From Alphaproteobacteria bacterium (lineage in GTDB: Bacteria > Pseudomonadota > Alphaproteobacteria > UBA828), in assembly GCA_963422645.2 (NCBI GenBank), contig CAXXVO010000015.1, positions 96,001-160,000 on the forward strand: 64,000 nt of DNA, read 5' to 3'. A program made the translations under genes and the position numbers. This document shows, in pieces, positions 61,795-64,000 of the stretch. The notes beneath the pieces are model-generated. The model saw nothing but the letters and a program-made list of their open reading frames with translations, was not told the origin of the DNA and searched no databases. Numbering within the stretch: the first letter of the stretch is position 1; every line of letters begins with the position of its first letter.

Positions 61795-61910
61795 CTCCCC
61801 CACCACCCCGTCCGTCCAAACGACGAGGTGTGTTCATGGACACAAATCCAAGGGGGTCAATTTTGGACGCCGATCACCCCCAATAGGGGGTCACTTTTCC
61901 ACGCTTAACA

Positions 61911-62404
61911 ACACCGTGCCGGGCGATGAGCGTGCGCCGGGCATGCTCTGCCGTGAGGTGGGGGCCGTGGTGGAAGGCGAGCGCTTCCAGCGTCCCGCGC
62001 CAGGCCGCGTCGCCGTCGATCGGCGACGGCCGGCCCGTGCGTTCACCGTCCAGCAGCGCCACGACGCGCCCGCCCTCCGGCAGGCCCCGCACCCGGCGCC
62101 GCCAGGACGCCGCGGCCGAGGCCGAAACACCGGCCTCCGAAGCCGCAATGCCGTCCGCCTTCGCACGCGGCATCCCGGCGGCGTGCAGATCGTCCGAACG
62201 GCGCACCGCCGCCAGACGAGCTCGCGCACGATCCCGATCCTCATCCGCCGCCCGGTCCCACGCCGCGCCGTCCGCCAGGACCTCGCCCGTCCCGGGGTCG
62301 TGGAAGACGCGGGCAGCGGGGTCGTGCACCGCCCCCGCAGCGCCCGCACACGGGGCCTGCACGGGCGTTGCGGGGGCCATGCGCAAGAGCGGCTTCAGAG
62401 CCAT
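61911..62404 (-). pseudogene. Mu-like transposase N-terminal (HTH) part, truncated by IS21
   Basis: WDRA...RARARLAAV...GVSASAAASWRRRVRG...ALLDGERTGRP followed by a second HTH; cut at 61910. Confidence 0.6.
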
Positions 62405-62808
62405 TCCGGCGGCGCCCCGCGTTGGAAGCGATCGTCGAGCAGGGAGACCAGGCGCGCAATCGGCCTGCGACCGCAATAGCGACGCCGCCACTTTCCGACC
62501 GTCCCCGCCGACAGGCCTGTCTCACGTCCGCCCGCGGCGTCGGCGTGGTACAGCGGAAAACCGCGCGCCACCGCACGCATCGATGCCTCCACGGCACTCA
62601 ATCGTGTCCGTGCCGCATCCCGTGCCTCCTGCGGCGCCGTGTCCCAGATCCGCTGCCACGCGGCCGCCCGCTCGATGTCGATGGGATCGATCCATGCGGT
62701 TCGCATCGGAACCGCGGCGTTCCGTTCGTCGCCACAGACGGTCGAAGCATCGCGATACGCCTGCGTGGCGATCCGGGCGCCGCCCTTCCGGGTCAGCTCG
62801 CCGGTCAT
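62395..62808 (-). CDS. stand-alone HTH protein paralogous to the adjacent transposase N-terminal domain
   Basis: Aligns by eye with 61911-62404 over ~75 aa; start overlaps the upstream stop (ATGA). Confidence 0.65.
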   Translation of the reverse strand: MTGELTRKGGARIATQAYRDASTVCGDERNAAVPMRTAWIDPIDIERAAAWQRIWDTAPQEARDAARTRLSAVEASMRAVARGFPLYHADAAGGRETGLSAGTVGKWRRRYCGRRPIARLVSLLDDRFQRGAPPEWL

Positions 62809-63773
62809 GGCTCGCCCGCCAGATGCTCCAGCGCCGGCTGGATCTCGTCCTGAAGAACCGTTTGCGCCCCCTCGATGCGGGCGTCGATCGCCGCCTCCAG
62901 ACGCTGTGCCAGCGCACGCCGCTCCGCCGGCGGCATCCCCGCGGCATCGCGCGATGCCTGTGCGATCCGACCCATCACGGCCCGCAGGACCGGATCGATC
63001 CCGTCCATGAGAGCCGCCACGGCGCGCTCGTCCGCGCCCGCCCCGCCCGCCTCCGGGCCCTCGATCGGCGCCAGCGCCGCCGCCGCGTCGGCGTGCCGCG
63101 CGCGCAACGCAGCGCCCGCCTTGCCGAACTCCCGGCGGATATCCCGCGCCAGGCCGTACTGGGCGCTGCGGTGCATCGCCCGGATCTCCGACGACCGCGA
63201 CGCCTCGACAGCGACCTTCGTCATGCGTCCGGCGGCGCCGGCGGCCACTCGTTGCTCGGCACCGATCCGATCGCGCATCCGGTCCGCTGCGTCCCGCGCC
63301 CTGGCAGGATCGGTCGGCTTGTAGCCGCCGCCCCGCGCCTCCCGAACTGCCTCGCGCACCCGCTCGCGCGGCCAGCCGCCGGCCTCCGCATCGTCCAGAA
63401 TGCGCTCGGCCGTCTCCGCGTCGAGCGCCGCAACCTCGGCATGAGACGAAAAGCTGACACCCGCCCGACGGCGTGCCGGATCCTCAAAGCGCCGGGCAAC
63501 GCCCGCGCAGTGATAGAGCGTCTTGCGCGCAATCCCGATCTCGGCGGCCGCGACCGTCAGATCGCCCCAGTGACGCTCCCCATGCCGCGCCCAGTCGCCC
63601 AGATGCCATCCCGAAATATCCCGCCGGCGGGATATTTCCTTGCCAAGAGCCAACCAGTCGTCACGCCCGAGAGCGTCGTCAAGCGCCAGCCCGGGCGCCG
63701 TCGCGCGCCCGGCGGCCGCCGCATCGTCGGCAGGCTTGACGCCCACAACCCGAAGATCGGGCCGATCGCTCAC
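62805..63773 (-). CDS. phage protein with an LmbU-like DNA-binding domain and coiled-coil tail
   Basis: WHLGDW...GE...TL....VARRF...RRR..VSFSSHAEVAAL...W pattern; GTGA overlap with the upstream gene. Confidence 0.6.
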   Translation of the reverse strand: MSDRPDLRVVGVKPADDAAAAGRATAPGLALDDALGRDDWLALGKEISRRRDISGWHLGDWARHGERHWGDLTVAAAEIGIARKTLYHCAGVARRFEDPARRRAGVSFSSHAEVAALDAETAERILDDAEAGGWPRERVREAVREARGGGYKPTDPARARDAADRMRDRIGAEQRVAAGAAGRMTKVAVEASRSSEIRAMHRSAQYGLARDIRREFGKAGAALRARHADAAAALAPIEGPEAGGAGADERAVAALMDGIDPVLRAVMGRIAQASRDAAGMPPAERRALAQRLEAAIDARIEGAQTVLQDEIQPALEHLAGEP

Positions 63774-64000
63774 GCCGCCTCCGCCGGAGCCGGCGCAACC
63801 ATCCGGTAGAGCCAGATGCGCTGCCCGCTCGCCGGGCTCGCGATCTGGCGGCACACGATCTCCGCCCCACCGGCCCGCAACTCCGCGACGCAAGAGTTGA
63901 CCGCGCATACCCCGGCCCTGGTCGCGATGTCCAGCGTCGAATGCTCCGCACCGTCCGACAGCATGGCATGCACCCGTTGCAGCCGAGCCGACCGGTCCAG
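63770..64000 (-). CDS. phage winged-HTH protein (5'-partial)
   Basis: RLQRVHAMLSDGAEHSTLDI...CAVNSCVAELRAGG...WLYRM. Confidence 0.6.
   Translation of the reverse strand: MDRSARLQRVHAMLSDGAEHSTLDIATRAGVCAVNSCVAELRAGGAEIVCRQIASPASGQRIWLYRMVAPAPAEAA

Larger units (their letters stand above)
59363..61910 (-). mobile_element. IS21-family element (no TSD visible)
   Basis: TGT...ACA ends with repeated TGACCCC subterminal motifs; istA and istB. Confidence 0.92.
61911..64000 (-). mobile_element. Mu-like (transposable) prophage early-region remnant
   Basis: Four tightly overlapping phage-like DNA-binding genes ending in a truncated MuA-like N-terminus. Confidence 0.6.

Overview
GC-rich alphaproteobacterial (Rhodospirillales-like) chromosome segment. 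Core and metabolic genes include dapD/dapE, asmA, degP with an OmpR-type two-component system, a divergent urease-like ureAB-ureC-ureD locus, a sugar-type ABC transporter, tmpAB-like phosphonate oxygenases, ispB, xth and erpA. About 22.8 kb (~36%) of the window is insertion sequence. Main observations: (1) a 2508-bp IS66-family element, in three near-identical copies, carries a small DPPY-type DNA adenine methyltransferase translationally coupled to its transposase. (2) An IS4-like element has a transposase fused to a DUF4338/DruA-like domain, so two unrelated IS families here appear to carry DNA-modifying modules. (3) An 11.9-kb nest of five IS copies has an insertion order that can be read from target duplications; it includes a poorly characterised DDE element that targets YA-NNN-TR palindromes. 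(4) A ~150-bp structured repeat occurs twice at gene 3' ends, with a compensatory base change. (5) A Mu-like prophage remnant at the right end is cut by IS21 and encodes a stand-alone copy of its transposase DNA-binding domain. No rRNA, tRNA or CRISPR array was recognised. All family assignments come from motif recognition by eye, not database searches.
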